Shown here piece by piece: positions 49,901 to 61,800 of a stretch of 64,000 nt of DNA; position 1 is the stretch's first letter, and every line of letters starts with the position of its first letter. The notes under the pieces are model-generated. The model was not told the origin of the DNA. It ran no database searches and saw only the letters and a program-made list of their open reading frames with translations. The stretch is from positions 10,788,001 through 10,852,000 of the forward strand of contig JBHGNT010000007.1 of assembly GCA_043228905.1 (NCBI GenBank), in the 5' to 3' direction. Both the position numbers and the translations under genes were made by a program. The DNA comes from Azolla caroliniana (Eukaryota > Plantae > Polypodiophyta).

Positions 49901-50760
49901 TCCCTCCCCTCCAGCAAATTCGAGATGACAGACATGAAAGAGCTCCATTACTTCCTCGGCATTGAGGTAATCTAAACTCCAACCGGAATAATGATCTCTC
50001 AATGGCAGTACATCCTCAATTTGTTATACAAGTTTGGGATGACCGAGTGCAAATCTATGGCAACCCCTCTCGATCGAAACCTCAAACTGGATGTCGTCTC
50101 TAGCACCACCAAGTGTGAGCCGACTTAGTATCGACAACTGATCGGGAGCCTCATCTACCTCACGATCACTCGACTCAACCTGAGCTATCCGGTCGGCCTC
50201 CTTAGCCAATTCATGCAAACTACACGAGATATCCATTCAGATTGTGCTAAGAGAGTGCTACGATACGTAAGTGGAACAATGGACTACGACATTCTCTATA
50301 AGTCGGTCACGCCAATTCAACTCGAAGGGTACACGGATGCCGATTGGGCCGGCTACAAAGCCGATCGACGATCAACCTCTGGTATCATCTTCTCCCTTGA
50401 AAGTGGAGCCATCTCTTGGAGTAGCAAGAAGCAACCAACCGTCGCTCTTTCAAGCACAGAGGCCGAATACAGGGGCACGGCGGTGGCTACATGTGAAGCC
50501 ATATGCCATAAGACCATACCTCAAACCCCATGTAATTTTTCATTTATAATGTTAATTACATGTTTTTAATTATGTTTCTCTCCCTCGCCCTCTCTATTCT
50601 AATCGTGTTTTAATTATGTTTCTCTAGTTCGTAATAGCACCTCTCTCTTTCATTTTTATTAGTATGGTAATCCTCTTCCCTCCCCGTAACCCTTGTTTTT
50701 AAATTTTAATTATGTTTTTTGTCTCGTATTTTAGTTTTAATCTTAGGTTTATTTATGTGT

Positions 50761-50813
<53 letters not shown>

Positions 50814-52536
50814 GTTTTAATCTTAGGTTTATTTATGTTTTAATCTCTCTCTCTCTCTCTCTCTAGTTTTAATCTTAGGTTTATTTATGTTTCAATCTCT
50901 CTCTCTCTCTCTCTTTAGTTTTAATCTTAGGTTTATTTATGTTTTAATCTCTCTCTCTCTATATATATTAATTAGTATGTTAATCCCTCTCCCTTTAAGC
51001 CTATCTTTTAATTTCTTTCTAATTACCCCACCCTTTAGTTTATTTTTAGGTTCATGTATCTAGATTTAGATTTTATGTTTGTTAGTTTTTGGGTTATGTT
51101 TTTTGTTTTAGTGTTTATGTTTCCAATCTTAGTGTTTAAACCCCTATCCCTCTTCCTTTTTGTTATTCCTAATCATGCCGGCTCCCTCTCCTTTCTTCTA
51201 CCTCGTCTTCGATTCGGGTGCGCTCAAATCGAGCATGGTGTTCCTCCTCGTCTACCTCTACCCGCCGATAATCGACCATTCCGCACTCCTTGTTCCGACC
51301 GTTAGGTCCATAAACTAACGATCGAAAACTCAAACTGGATGTCGTCTCTAGCACCACCAAGTGTGAGCCGACTTAGTATCGACAACTGATCGGGAGCCTC
51401 ATCTACCTCACGATCACTCGACTCAACCTGAGCTATCCGGTCGGCCTCCTTAGCCAATTCATGCAAACTACACGAGATATCCATTCAGATTGTGCTAAGA
51501 GAGTGCTACGATACGTAAGTGGAACAATGGACTACGACATTCTCTATAAGTCGGTCACGCCAATTCAACTCGAAGGGTACACGGATGCCGATTGGGCCGG
51601 CTACAAAGCCGATCGACGATCAACCTCTGGTATCATCTTCTCCCTTGAAAGTGGAGCCATCTCTTGGAGTAGCAAGAAGCAACCAACCGTCGCTCTTTCA
51701 AGCACAGAGGCCGAATACAGGGGCACGGCGGTGGCTACATGTGAAGCCATATGGTTCAAGAGGATATTGAAGGATCTGGGTGTTCCCATCAAAGATCCAA
51801 TTCCCCTTTACTGCGACAACATGAGCAACATTCATTTGGCTCGGAACCCGGTTTTCCACGCACTCACGAAGCATATAGAAGTGCACTATCACTTCATTCG
51901 AGAGCGCGTTTAGGTTGGAGATGTCGACCTTCAACACATCAACACGAATCTTCAAACAGTCGACATCGTCACCAAAGTTGTAGGAGCCGGCAGGCTTCAG
52001 CAATTCATGTCAGACCTTGGATTGATGATCCCTGACTTGCCAAGCTTGAGGGGGAGTACGTCTGAACCGGTTATCAACCGAAGCAGACACCAAACAGAGA
52101 GAATCGGATACCGTTCAAATCGGGTACCAACTGAAGCGGACAAGCCGACCAAAGTTGAGCTTGAGGGGGCATGTTCAGAATCAAGCTCAACCTAGTCTAG
52201 TGTGTGAACACACCCTTGAGAGTGTATGAGCACTCAAAGGTCAAAAGTCACAGCACTACTCTTTACACATTAACTATGTGTCATAGAATCATATTCTATG
52301 ACACATAACTAATGAGTTTCCACATTCCCCATGACTCATGAGCTTTGGTAGTTAATGAAGAGAGAGAGTGACTATATAAAACACTCTTCTCCTACTTTGT
52401 AATACGTACGTTAATCTCCTTTGTAATATACAATCTTCTTGAGTATTTCCAATATATCCATCTTGTGTTTCTCTCCTCTCCTCACACACTCTCTCTCTTA
52501 CACACATAACACACATCTCTAACCTATTCCGCTACA
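46900..52536 (+). mobile_element. Copia element lacking its 5' end: gag end, PR, INT, RT, RNase H, PPT, 3' LTR (52172-~52536)
   Basis: WFVDSGASNHM, LWHKRIGH, SDGGKEY, HQMDVK, YVDD, YTDADWAG..SWSSKKQ..YCDN. PPT GAGGGGG precedes TGTTCAG. Confidence 0.92.
50506..51318. repeat. 813-bp AT-rich insert with a compound mini/microsatellite, flanked by a 435-bp duplication
   Basis: Four units of TAGTTTTAATCTTAGGTTTATTTATG..AAT(CT)n at 50732-50960. Flanks are 50071-50505 and 51319-51753. Confidence 0.8.
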
Positions 52537-52699
52537 CAAGAATCACCGTCGATTCTTTACACGATAATAGGCATTCTTGCTTTATATTGAGACCAACATT
52601 CAAGGTTGACATTTGCAATGTAGTATTCTAGCTTTGTCCTCTTAGCATCTTCCCACTTCATCCTTAATGATTCCACCAACCTTTCCTCAATCATTACAT

Positions 52700-53690
52700 A
52701 TTTCATAGCATTGCTCGAAAGCTCTGTACATAGGATGTGCTCAGAGAGCACTTTTATACAAGTCCATACGGACTGACAAAAGTACTTACTCGTACTTCAA
52801 TGCTCATCAATGAGCCCCTACACTAACTCCCAAAATATATTCCTCCGTGGAATATCTATCCAACAACCTCTTGGTTTACGCACCGATACGGCCTTTAGTT
52901 GCGCACCCAGTCTATGCACTAGTTTACGCACCGGTTTACGCACCCAATGTTGAGCTTGTATCTCAACAGATATGTATGCGGAAGCTAAGCAACAGAAACA
53001 ACAAACAATTAATAAACACAAAGAATGTAGGGAGAGACAGAGACAGAGACAAAGTTAAGGAGACAACAAAACTTGATTCAAAATAGTAATACTTTGTACA
53101 TGATGATGTGTTGATTGAGCACCTTTTATACAAATCCACCTAACAAAGGACTGACTAGTACTTCAATGCTCATGAATGAGCTACTAACATTATCAACCTA
53201 TAATATTCCTATTTACTTAGTTAGGGATATATAGTTCCCTAACGGCTTGTAGGGTCCTGGTAGATCCAGCCTCGCCGATCAATATATGTCTCTGAAGATT
53301 AGCGTGAGGAAGAAAAAAAAAACAAACACAACTATCTCAGCCGAATAACAACAAAAAACTCAAAGACAATGGAGAAACAGAGAGAATACATAGTGCTCAA
53401 GAGAGACAGAGTAGAACACAGAAAACTTGATTTCAAAATAACACTCTGTATAGAGAAATGTGCTCAGTGTGCACTTTGATACAAGTCCATAAAGGACGGT
53501 CAAAAGTACTGACAAGTACTTCAATGCTCATAACTAAGCTACTGCCACTAACTCCCAAAACTATGATTACCTACTAATTTAGGTATGTAGGCCTCTAGCG
53601 GCCTATCAACTCACAGGGATCTGGTTCTCCAATCTCACACTTTGATCCGATCCGGCTCACCGATCATGCTCTCAACTTCATTCGATCGGT
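52700..53690 (-). repeat. Three stacked, diverged Copia LTR fragments (hairpin-cassette family)
   Basis: TACAA(G/A)TCC..GGAC..GTACTTCAATGCTCA recurs near 52757, 53128 and 53480. Confidence 0.75.
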
Positions 53691-53699
53691 CTTCATCCA

Positions 53700-54400
53700 A
53701 TCCAGCTCTCAACTTGAGGTTAGTCTCGACCCGTCAGTTCCTTCATGTCGACATCGACTTCTGTTCCCTCTCGTCCACTCGGCCTTCATGTGATTTGGCT
53801 CATCCGAATCGAATTGCTCACCTGAATCGACTGTCTCCGATTCGTCCTCCTTCTTCAGGCCCTTAACCACGTCCGACCATGCCTTGATCCTGGCCTTTTT
53901 TTTGGGGGCGGCTGGCTCTGTCCTTTTTAACCCTGAAGTGCGGCATGTCAAGATGTTGTAACCAAGGCATCTCCGAAAATTGTTGCAATTTCTCCAATCC
54001 GAGCGCCTTGGTGAAGATGTTGGCAATCTGACGATCTGTTCGAACATATCTAAGTTCGACATCACCGCTCAGGACCTGCTCACGCACAAAGTGATAATGC
54101 ACTTGAATATGCTTCATGCAAGCATGGAAAACAGGGTTCTTGGCTAGCTGCATGTTGCTGATGTTGTCACAGTAGATTAGAATCGGAGTAGGAACTTCGA
54201 CCCATAAGTCCTGCAACAGACGTTGGAGCCATATAGCATCACATGTTGCGTTTGGGTGCTTCAGCCACGCTTCTAAGAGAAAACATGAAACCTGATGTTG
54301 ACCAACAATCTGTGGCGTCTTCGGCCCAGTCGACATTAGTATAGCCGAACTGCTGTTCGGCTATACCATGTTCGTACAATAGTTCTCGATCCTTCGTTCC
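53700..54400 (-). pseudogene. Copia RNase H / 3' end fragment
   Basis: ATCDAIWLQRLL..IYCDN..KNPVFHACMKHIQVHYHFVRE..QIANIFTKAL. Confidence 0.88.
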
Positions 54401-54425
54401 TGTTGATCTGTCGACAACCAACTAT

Positions 54426-54960
54426 TGTACCCTACAAGCACAATAGGTCAAACGTTCTATCCAAATGATTGTGGTAGGAAATGAGATAGCTAGTACTAGT
54501 CTATACTCGGCTTGATTCACAGAGAACACTTCTCGGTCCATAATGATCGAGTATTTGTCTTAATATAATTAGTTAACAGATAGAGATGCAGATTAGTTAA
54601 GAATAGAATCGACATAGTGATATACTCTAACTATTAACTTATATTAATTCAAAATAGAATGATAGGATTGCAGTGCTCTCGGTCCCTTTTTTATAGGTGA
54701 ACTGAGAGTCTCTCTTCAAGATTTACAATTGCCATGTTTGGCAAGAACTACAACAAAATTGTCCTAACTATACTATTTTCTACTTGACAAAATATATTAT
54801 CATTCTATTTCCGACTCATCAACCTGCATCCATGATGCAACCTCGACATTTTCACACCCCGACTCCGATCATTGTTGACTCCAAAAATTGTCCACTCCGA
54901 CTTCCTTTCATATAGTGTTCATGCACGCTAGATGTGCATGTGTAGCTTTTTTCTATCACG
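54426..54960 (-). repeat. Possible solo LTR or unclassified repeat
   Basis: Interrupts Copia coding sequence and begins TGT on the plus strand. CCTATAAAAAAGGG on the minus strand near 54690. Ends and TSD not found. Confidence 0.35.
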
Positions 54961-55050
54961 CGTTTTTCTTCTAACTAAAGCTTTTTCCTAGAAAATATGC
55001 GTGGAAACACCTTTCTATATGGGATATATGCTTTCTGAACACTCATGATG

Positions 55051-55112
55051 TGTTAGCGTAATGGTAAGCCCTCAAATTTGTAATATGGAGGTACATGGTT
55101 TGAATCTTGCCC
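55051..55112 (+). other. Degenerate tRNA-like A/B-box module (SINE-like)
   Basis: TAGCGTAATGGTAAG...GAGGTACATGGTTTGAATC. Confidence 0.5.
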
Positions 55113-55193
55113 TATTCAATAACATATATTTTTATATTTTCTTTGTTTTCTTCATAATTATTAAATCGGGTACTTTATACATTTTTCACGCAG

Positions 55194-55784
55194 TGTATGA
55201 AATACACTACGACAACGTGAAAATCCTAAAATGGGGAAAACCACGGGAACAGAGATTCCACTATACACAAGAGAGTGAAAGAAAGAAAACGGTTACAATC
55301 TTCTCTGGCACACACAAAGGATAACCCGCTTAGGGTTCTTAGCAAGTTCGCTGAACTTTGCTGCCGCTCTCTCCCACACTCACACCCTCTCTCTTCTCTG
55401 TCACACTATGCTACAAAGGCTCACACACTATTTTGTTCTCCACACACACTGTTTGCCCTAGGTGTATTTATACTAATACATGGAATGGGCTATTTATAAA
55501 TGTAACCACTTCTACTGTCATTCTTATTATTATCTAATATTAATAAAAGTCTTACTAATCAACCGACTCATCCATTGCTTGTCAGGTTGGTTTGACTAGT
55601 CGGCCTGGTCATCGACCATCCAGTCGGCCCATTTAGCTAGTCGTGTCTTTGACCTCGATCAACTCTCTCTGAATCGACTCCTCAATCGTGGACTCTCATC
55701 CGATCGGTCCACTACTCCCTGTCTTCGAATGTCAGCTCTCCCCAAGCAGTCGGCTCCTCCCACTAGAGGGACATATTCCTAACA
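55194..55784 (-). repeat. LTR, probably Copia
   Basis: TG...CCTAACA ends. The minus strand has GTGGTTTTCCCC..TAGGATTTTCACG, similar to the U5 of the 58891 LTR. No TSD found. Confidence 0.6.
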
Positions 55785-57350
55785 GGATGGTAGTCATCTT
55801 TGCCATTGTCAACAAAGGTCTCTTCGTAATAGACTCCATCTGTCTGCGCATACCCTTTTGCCAGAAGTCACGCCTTATACTGATTGATGGTGTCGTCGGC
55901 GTTGTCCTTCACCTTGAATATCCATTGGCATCAGATTGCCTTTCGGTGGGGTGAAGAGGGGAGAAGATCCCACTCGTTCATCGATTCGATCCATCCTCAA
56001 TCCTTGGTTGCCTTGGAAAATGTTTCAGTTCCTGAAGTGTCACCACCTTCATCATGAATGCATAATGATATGCCATGTGGTCGTTGTAGCCAAATCGGCT
56101 GACCATCTTCTTCTCTCGGGTGGACCGACGGAGTTGTTCACTTTTCTTCGTGGACACTTTCTGGGCTCCTGTTATTGTCATGATAGAAACATCCAATCCA
56201 CCATACTCACTATCGAGTGAGTGAGCCGATTCATTTCCATCTAAGCCTTTGTACTCAGGCATTTTGGCATTTCCTTTGTCCGATTTCAGATAGCTGCGAC
56301 GTGTTGTGGTCGCCTGGTTGAGATTGGACTCTCCTCTGCTATGAGCCTTAGTCGATCATCCTCCTCCAAGTCTATTTCGAAATCGGTTTAGATTAGATCG
56401 GATGGAGCTAAGTTGATTGTGTACCAGCATGCCGATTCGTCGAATTTGACATCCCTACTCACTCGTAACTTCCTAGTGGTGGATGTAGCATTATACCCCT
56501 TTTGTTCGAGCGAGTACCCCATGAGGATACACTTCTTCGATTTTGGATTGAGCTTTTCCTGTTTTTCATCGGGAATATGTACGAAGGAGATAGAACCGAA
56601 TATCCTAACGAGACATAGGTCTGGCTTCTTTCCATAGAACTTCTCGTGGGGGATAATATCATGCAATCCGGATATTGTGCAATGATTCCTTAGATAGACG
56701 GTTGTGCTCGTTGCTTTAGCCTAATATGATTTCGGCAAATGTTTCTCGTTCATCATTTCCCTTTCCACCTCAAGTATATGCCGCTTCTTTTGTTCGACTC
56801 CTCCGTTTTGCTAAGGTGTGTGTCGGAAGGTGAACTCCCGCCAAATCCCTTCTTGTCTGATCGAAGCCATTAGACATGCCGACCGATTTCCTTTTCGAGT
56901 TTCGTTTTTGAATTTTTGGAAGTGTGAGAACACTTCACTCTTCTGCCGCATTGGGAATCAAGTGTGCTTGTAGATGTCGTCGATGAACGTCACATAGTAC
57001 CAACAACCACCGAATATTGTCATTTGGGTTGGTCCCCATACATCTAAATGTATTTAAATCCAAGATCCCTTTGCTCACGTTCCTCTCCTTTGGTAACAGT
57101 TTACGGTGTTGCTTGCTCAATTGGCAAGCTTCACATACACCTGTAATCTCCTTCTGGGTAAAGGTCGGAAGTTTGATGACGACTCCTTTTGATTGCATTC
57201 CTTTGAGCTTCTAGAGGTTAATGTGGCTCATTCTTTTGTGCCATAGTTCTATGTCAATGCCGGCTTTATGGCCCTTGGCAAACATTGCCGATTTCATCTC
57301 ATGAGAATCGAGGATGAACATTTGGCCTTCTCTTTTATCGTGAGTGATAA
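55785..57350 (-). pseudogene. Copia integrase to RT N-terminus fragment (family of 46900-52536)
   Basis: SAMFAKGHKAGIDIELWHKRMSH, PHEKFYGKKPDL..KCILMGYS, and HYAFMMKV. Confidence 0.88.
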
Positions 57351-57586
57351 AAACCATTTCACAACTACATCCTTCATGATATTCTTTATTATATACTTGA
57401 ACGCCATGTTTAGGATCATCTTGTCTTGATTGTATTCCATCCATAATCTCCTTTGTCAGGACACGTATTGCTAGGTACGTCCATATTTCCCAAATCTTCA
57501 ATCATTTGAGTTTGTCCATCTTCTACATTGGTTAACAAATTGTATATATTATCCTTAGGTTGCAACTTGAATTTATCATGACTTGT

Positions 57587-58315
57587 TTAATTTATCATGT
57601 GTCTTTTGGCAACTTGAACCCAAGGGCCGCCAACACTTGTTTGTGGCTCATCATTTACAACATGTATTGGCTCTTTCCTTGACAAGGAACATTTCTTAGC
57701 TAAATGTCCCATTCTTTTACATAAAAAACATTGATTTGGTAACCTAGAATATACAATTTTTTGTCTCTTTCCACATCCCCCATTATCCGAACATGGTAAT
57801 TTCACATATTCCGACAACATTTTTCCTCTACTACATAATAATTTAACTGTGGGTATTCCAAATATATTTCCGTCTTTATTATTTATATAGGCATCTAATA
57901 CAACTCCAATTAAAGCCCCTAACTTATGCAAGAGATGATGACATTCCTTAGGCAATCCCGGAAAACTTGCAGTTAGAACTAAAAAATCATGTTGGGTCTC
58001 TCTCATAGGATCAAAACCATGTTTCCATTCCTGAAATTTAACCCATGCTCCTTTTATATCAACAAATTTCATAGCAAGTAATACCTGGACCGATGCCTCA
58101 TCTTGAAACTCGACTTGATAATAGCCTCTTCCTAAAAATTGCACATCTTCAATACGGCCAATTGCAGCCTCCAATCGAGCCTGTGACAAGTGCCTCAACC
58201 CTTGACAATTTGGCCGGAGACCTAAAACCTGTATAATTAAAGAAATTTGTTGCAAATGGTAGATCTCTTCTCTCATATGTACTTGTTCTTGCTCTGATAG
58301 TTGAAGCTTGACCAT
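57587..58315 (-). pseudogene. L1 LINE ORF1 fragment (DUF4283-like region plus zinc knuckle)
   Basis: FLGRGYYQVEF..W..GFDP..FPGLP..LGALIG..QKIVYSRLPNQCFLCKRMGHLAKKC, a typical plant L1 ORF1 layout. Confidence 0.82.
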
Positions 58316-58539
58316 CAGCCCCGCAACAGGTTGAAAATCGGGAAGCGATTCATGGATCCTCCCACTATCGTAGTTGTCTGGGCCTTTGTCATTTCCTCAG
58401 CCATGCTCTTCTTCCTCTCCTCAAACTTGGTTTGAAGTGACACCTTAGAACCACCTTTGTTAGTATGTCAGCAACATACTAACAACAACATTTGCTCTTC
58501 GTTTGCTAACCACAACCAATGATACATTGAGTTCAAATT

Positions 58540-58890
58540 TAGGTCTATTGCATTGGGCTTCAAAAGGTTACTTACCATACCAATTGCATGTGCAATATCC
58601 CGTGTGCCAACCATACCATACATTAAGGAACCAACACTTGAAGCATAGGGAATCGACAACATCGAGTCGTCTTTTTCCTCCTTAGTAAATGGACAAATTT
58701 CATGCTTAATTTAAAGTGAGTGGCAAGAGGGGGTTGATTCTCTTTCAAAACCTATTTGCGTACCTAAAATATGCTTATCAAGTCCTAAATCTTTCATGTC
58801 AAAAGTCTTAGATAACTCTACTTTTAACTTGTGAATAGTATTAAATACATCTTCTCCAACAATTAGCATATCATAAACATACAATAAAAG
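58540..58890 (-). pseudogene. Copia RT fragment (target of the 58891 element; continues at 63901-64000)
   Basis: YCVYVKQFVVGDFIILL|LYVYDMLIVG..FDMKDLG..PYASSVGSLMY reads across the AAAAG TSD. Confidence 0.88.
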
Positions 58891-61800
58891 TATTGGGAAA
58901 CAAGTCCCTCTACATGTGACGCGTCGATCAGCCGGATCTGGACGAGGAACCTGATTGGCCGGGAAGACATCCAACAGGCATCCGGATTCCCGATCTAACC
59001 GCACCTGATTAAAGGCTCTATTTGTAAATAACCAGTACAACATATAAGTATATATAAACTTAGGGCTAACATGTTGGCATGTGTGGTAGAGTTAGTTATC
59101 AATATACAGAATGAGAGACTGAGTGAGAACTCCGTTGTAACCGTTGGTTTGGCGAAGAGGAGCATAAGGTTATTGCCTTATAGTCTCCTGTGTACTTCTT
59201 CTCCCACTCTAGTGATTATTTGGAGTTTGTGGACTCCCGTGGTTTTTCCCTTTTAGGGTTTTCCACATTAATATCTTGTGTCGTTGTGTCGTTGCATCAT
59301 CTCTATGTTTAATACTCTATTTTCCCCCTCTTGTGCTTGCGAATCAGTTAAATTTGAGCCCCATTTCCTAACAAACGGGTATCAAAGAGAGATTCATAAC
59401 CTTCAAGTGAAAGAAAATGGAAGATTCATTCGGTGAGATGTTCAAGCTAACTAGCTACAACTACTCTACCTGGAAGTCGAAGATGAAGGACATGCTTGTA
59501 TGTAAAGACTTATGGTTGTTGGTGCAATAAGGCAAAACAAAGCCGGAGAAGATCGATGCATCAACTTGGGAAGTCATGCATCTGAAGGCAACGACATACA
59601 TAAGGTGTTTCATAGACATGAGTCTATACAATAACTTCAATGAAGAGACAGATGTTCAAGTCTTGTGGAAGAAGATCAGGTTCATGCTCGAGAACAAGAA
59701 CGTCGTAAACAAAGTCTCCGTCTTCAGAAAGGTAGTGAAACTGAGGTATCAAGATGGCTCCAACATGGCGGAGCATCTGAACGTCTTCTAGGAACTAATA
59801 AATCAAACTACCTCTCTAGAAGTATTTGTGACCGACGTGATACTGGCATTGTTGTTGTTAGGATCCCTTCCGGATAGTTGAGAGACACTCGTAATGACCT
59901 TGGGAAATGCGGGACCAAGAGGGCAGTACGTGTCCCTAGAGTTGGCGAATTCGAGGTTGTTGAATGAAGAAGCTTGCCGGAAGCACAAAGAATCCGCCTC
60001 CGATCATAAGGCCCTAGTCACCGAAGGTGACTCCTACAAAGGAAGGGGCCACCAAAGAAGTCTTCAAAACAAGGAACGGTCTAGACCGAGGTCAAAGTCG
60101 AAGGGAAGACCCATAAGCTTCTATTGTGGGAAGTCGGGGCACTTTCAGATGAATTGTCGGTACTACCGGAGAGACAAAGGGCGAGTTGATGGAGTTGAAC
60201 CGAAGAAGATTCCGAACAACAAAAACATGTCAGCAATCACCGTGATCGATGAGTTGTTGTTCATCAGCAAACAATCCGAAGTTAATCTTGCCGGCAAAGA
60301 ATCGACATGGGGTCGATTCCGGTGCATCATTTCACTTGACCCCCAATAGAGAATGCTTCTCATCATACATGGCCAGTGATCACGGATATGTGAAGATAGG
60401 AAATGATGGCGCATGCAAAATACTTGGAATCGGAGAGATATGTTTGCTGACATCAACAGGTTGCAAAATGATGTTGAAGGATGTGCACCATGTTTCGGAC
60501 ATCCGATTGAAATTGATATCGATTGGACAACTCGATGACAAAGGTTAGAGTGGTACCTTCTGAAATGGCACTTGGAAATTCTACAACAGAAATCTTATTG
60601 TGGACCGTGCTTGGAAGCAAAGTATAGTATAAGTGATGCACGCATGGTTGAACTGGAATGAGCTAAATGTTGTTGCCGACACAACCAATGAGTTGTGGCA
60701 TATGAGGCTATGCCACATGAGTTAGAAGGGCATGCAAATGCTAGCCGAAAAGGATCTCCTGTTGGAGGTGAAGTAAGCATATCCGGAAAAATGCCCTGAC
60801 TATCTAGTTGGAAAATAGAATAGGACCGCCTTTTGCCCCAAGCCTCCAGTGAGGAAGAAGATGCCGCTGGAACTCGCGCATACGGATGTATGTTACGTAG
60901 ATACAATGTCTCATGATGGTTCACAATATTTTGTGATCTTCATAGATGAATATAGCCAGACATTGTGGGTTTCCACAATGAAGACAAAGGACCAAGTGTT
61001 GTCTGTCTTCAAAGAATTCCAGGCAAGAGCAGAATGAGAATCTAGACAAAAGCTAAAGGGTATTCAAATGGATAATGGAGGGGCGTACACAGGGCTGTTT
61101 TAGGAATATTGTCGGGCTCAAGGTATCCGGTTGGAATACACAGTGCCGAAGACCCTAGAACTAAATGGAATTGCCGTGATGGAGAGGGTATGATGTATGC
61201 TAGCACACGCTAGGTTGCCAAAAACCTACTGGGTTGACGCTTTGAAGACGCCTGCCTACGTAATAAACGGGTCTCCCTCGGTTCCTTTAGAAGGTGATAT
61301 CCCACAGAGGGCGTGGACGAGGAAGGACATGTCATATCGGCATCTAAGGGTGTTCAATTGCCTAGCATATGTACACATTGCTAAGCACCGGAAAGGAAAG
61401 CTAGATCCTAATAGCAGGCCATGTATCTTCCTAGGGTACAACGAAGATGAATTTGGTTACTGGCTTATGGGACCTAATAGACAAGAAGGTTATCAGAAGC
61501 CGAGACATAGTCTTCATGGAAGATAAGGCTATCACCAATTGAGAAATGAGAAGAAGGGATCATCCTTTGAGTCGACCGACAGAGAGTAGCTGGATGTAAT
61601 AAGTACCCAACCGACCGGAAACGGGATCCTAGCCGAAGAACAAAGAGAACCGGCCGGATTGGGGTGAGGAACTGAATCCACCGAAAGAGAATCGGAAGTC
61701 GGATCCGAACATGGATCTGAATCAGATTTATATGAAGAGCCAACTGATGAGGAAGATGTAGAACCGGTGGTAGATAATCAAGGTAGGAGATATCCTCTGA

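Noticed and set aside
57587-58315. Host zinc-finger gene
   Set aside because: The domain layout is that of plant L1 ORF1. It is intronless and embedded among TE fragments.
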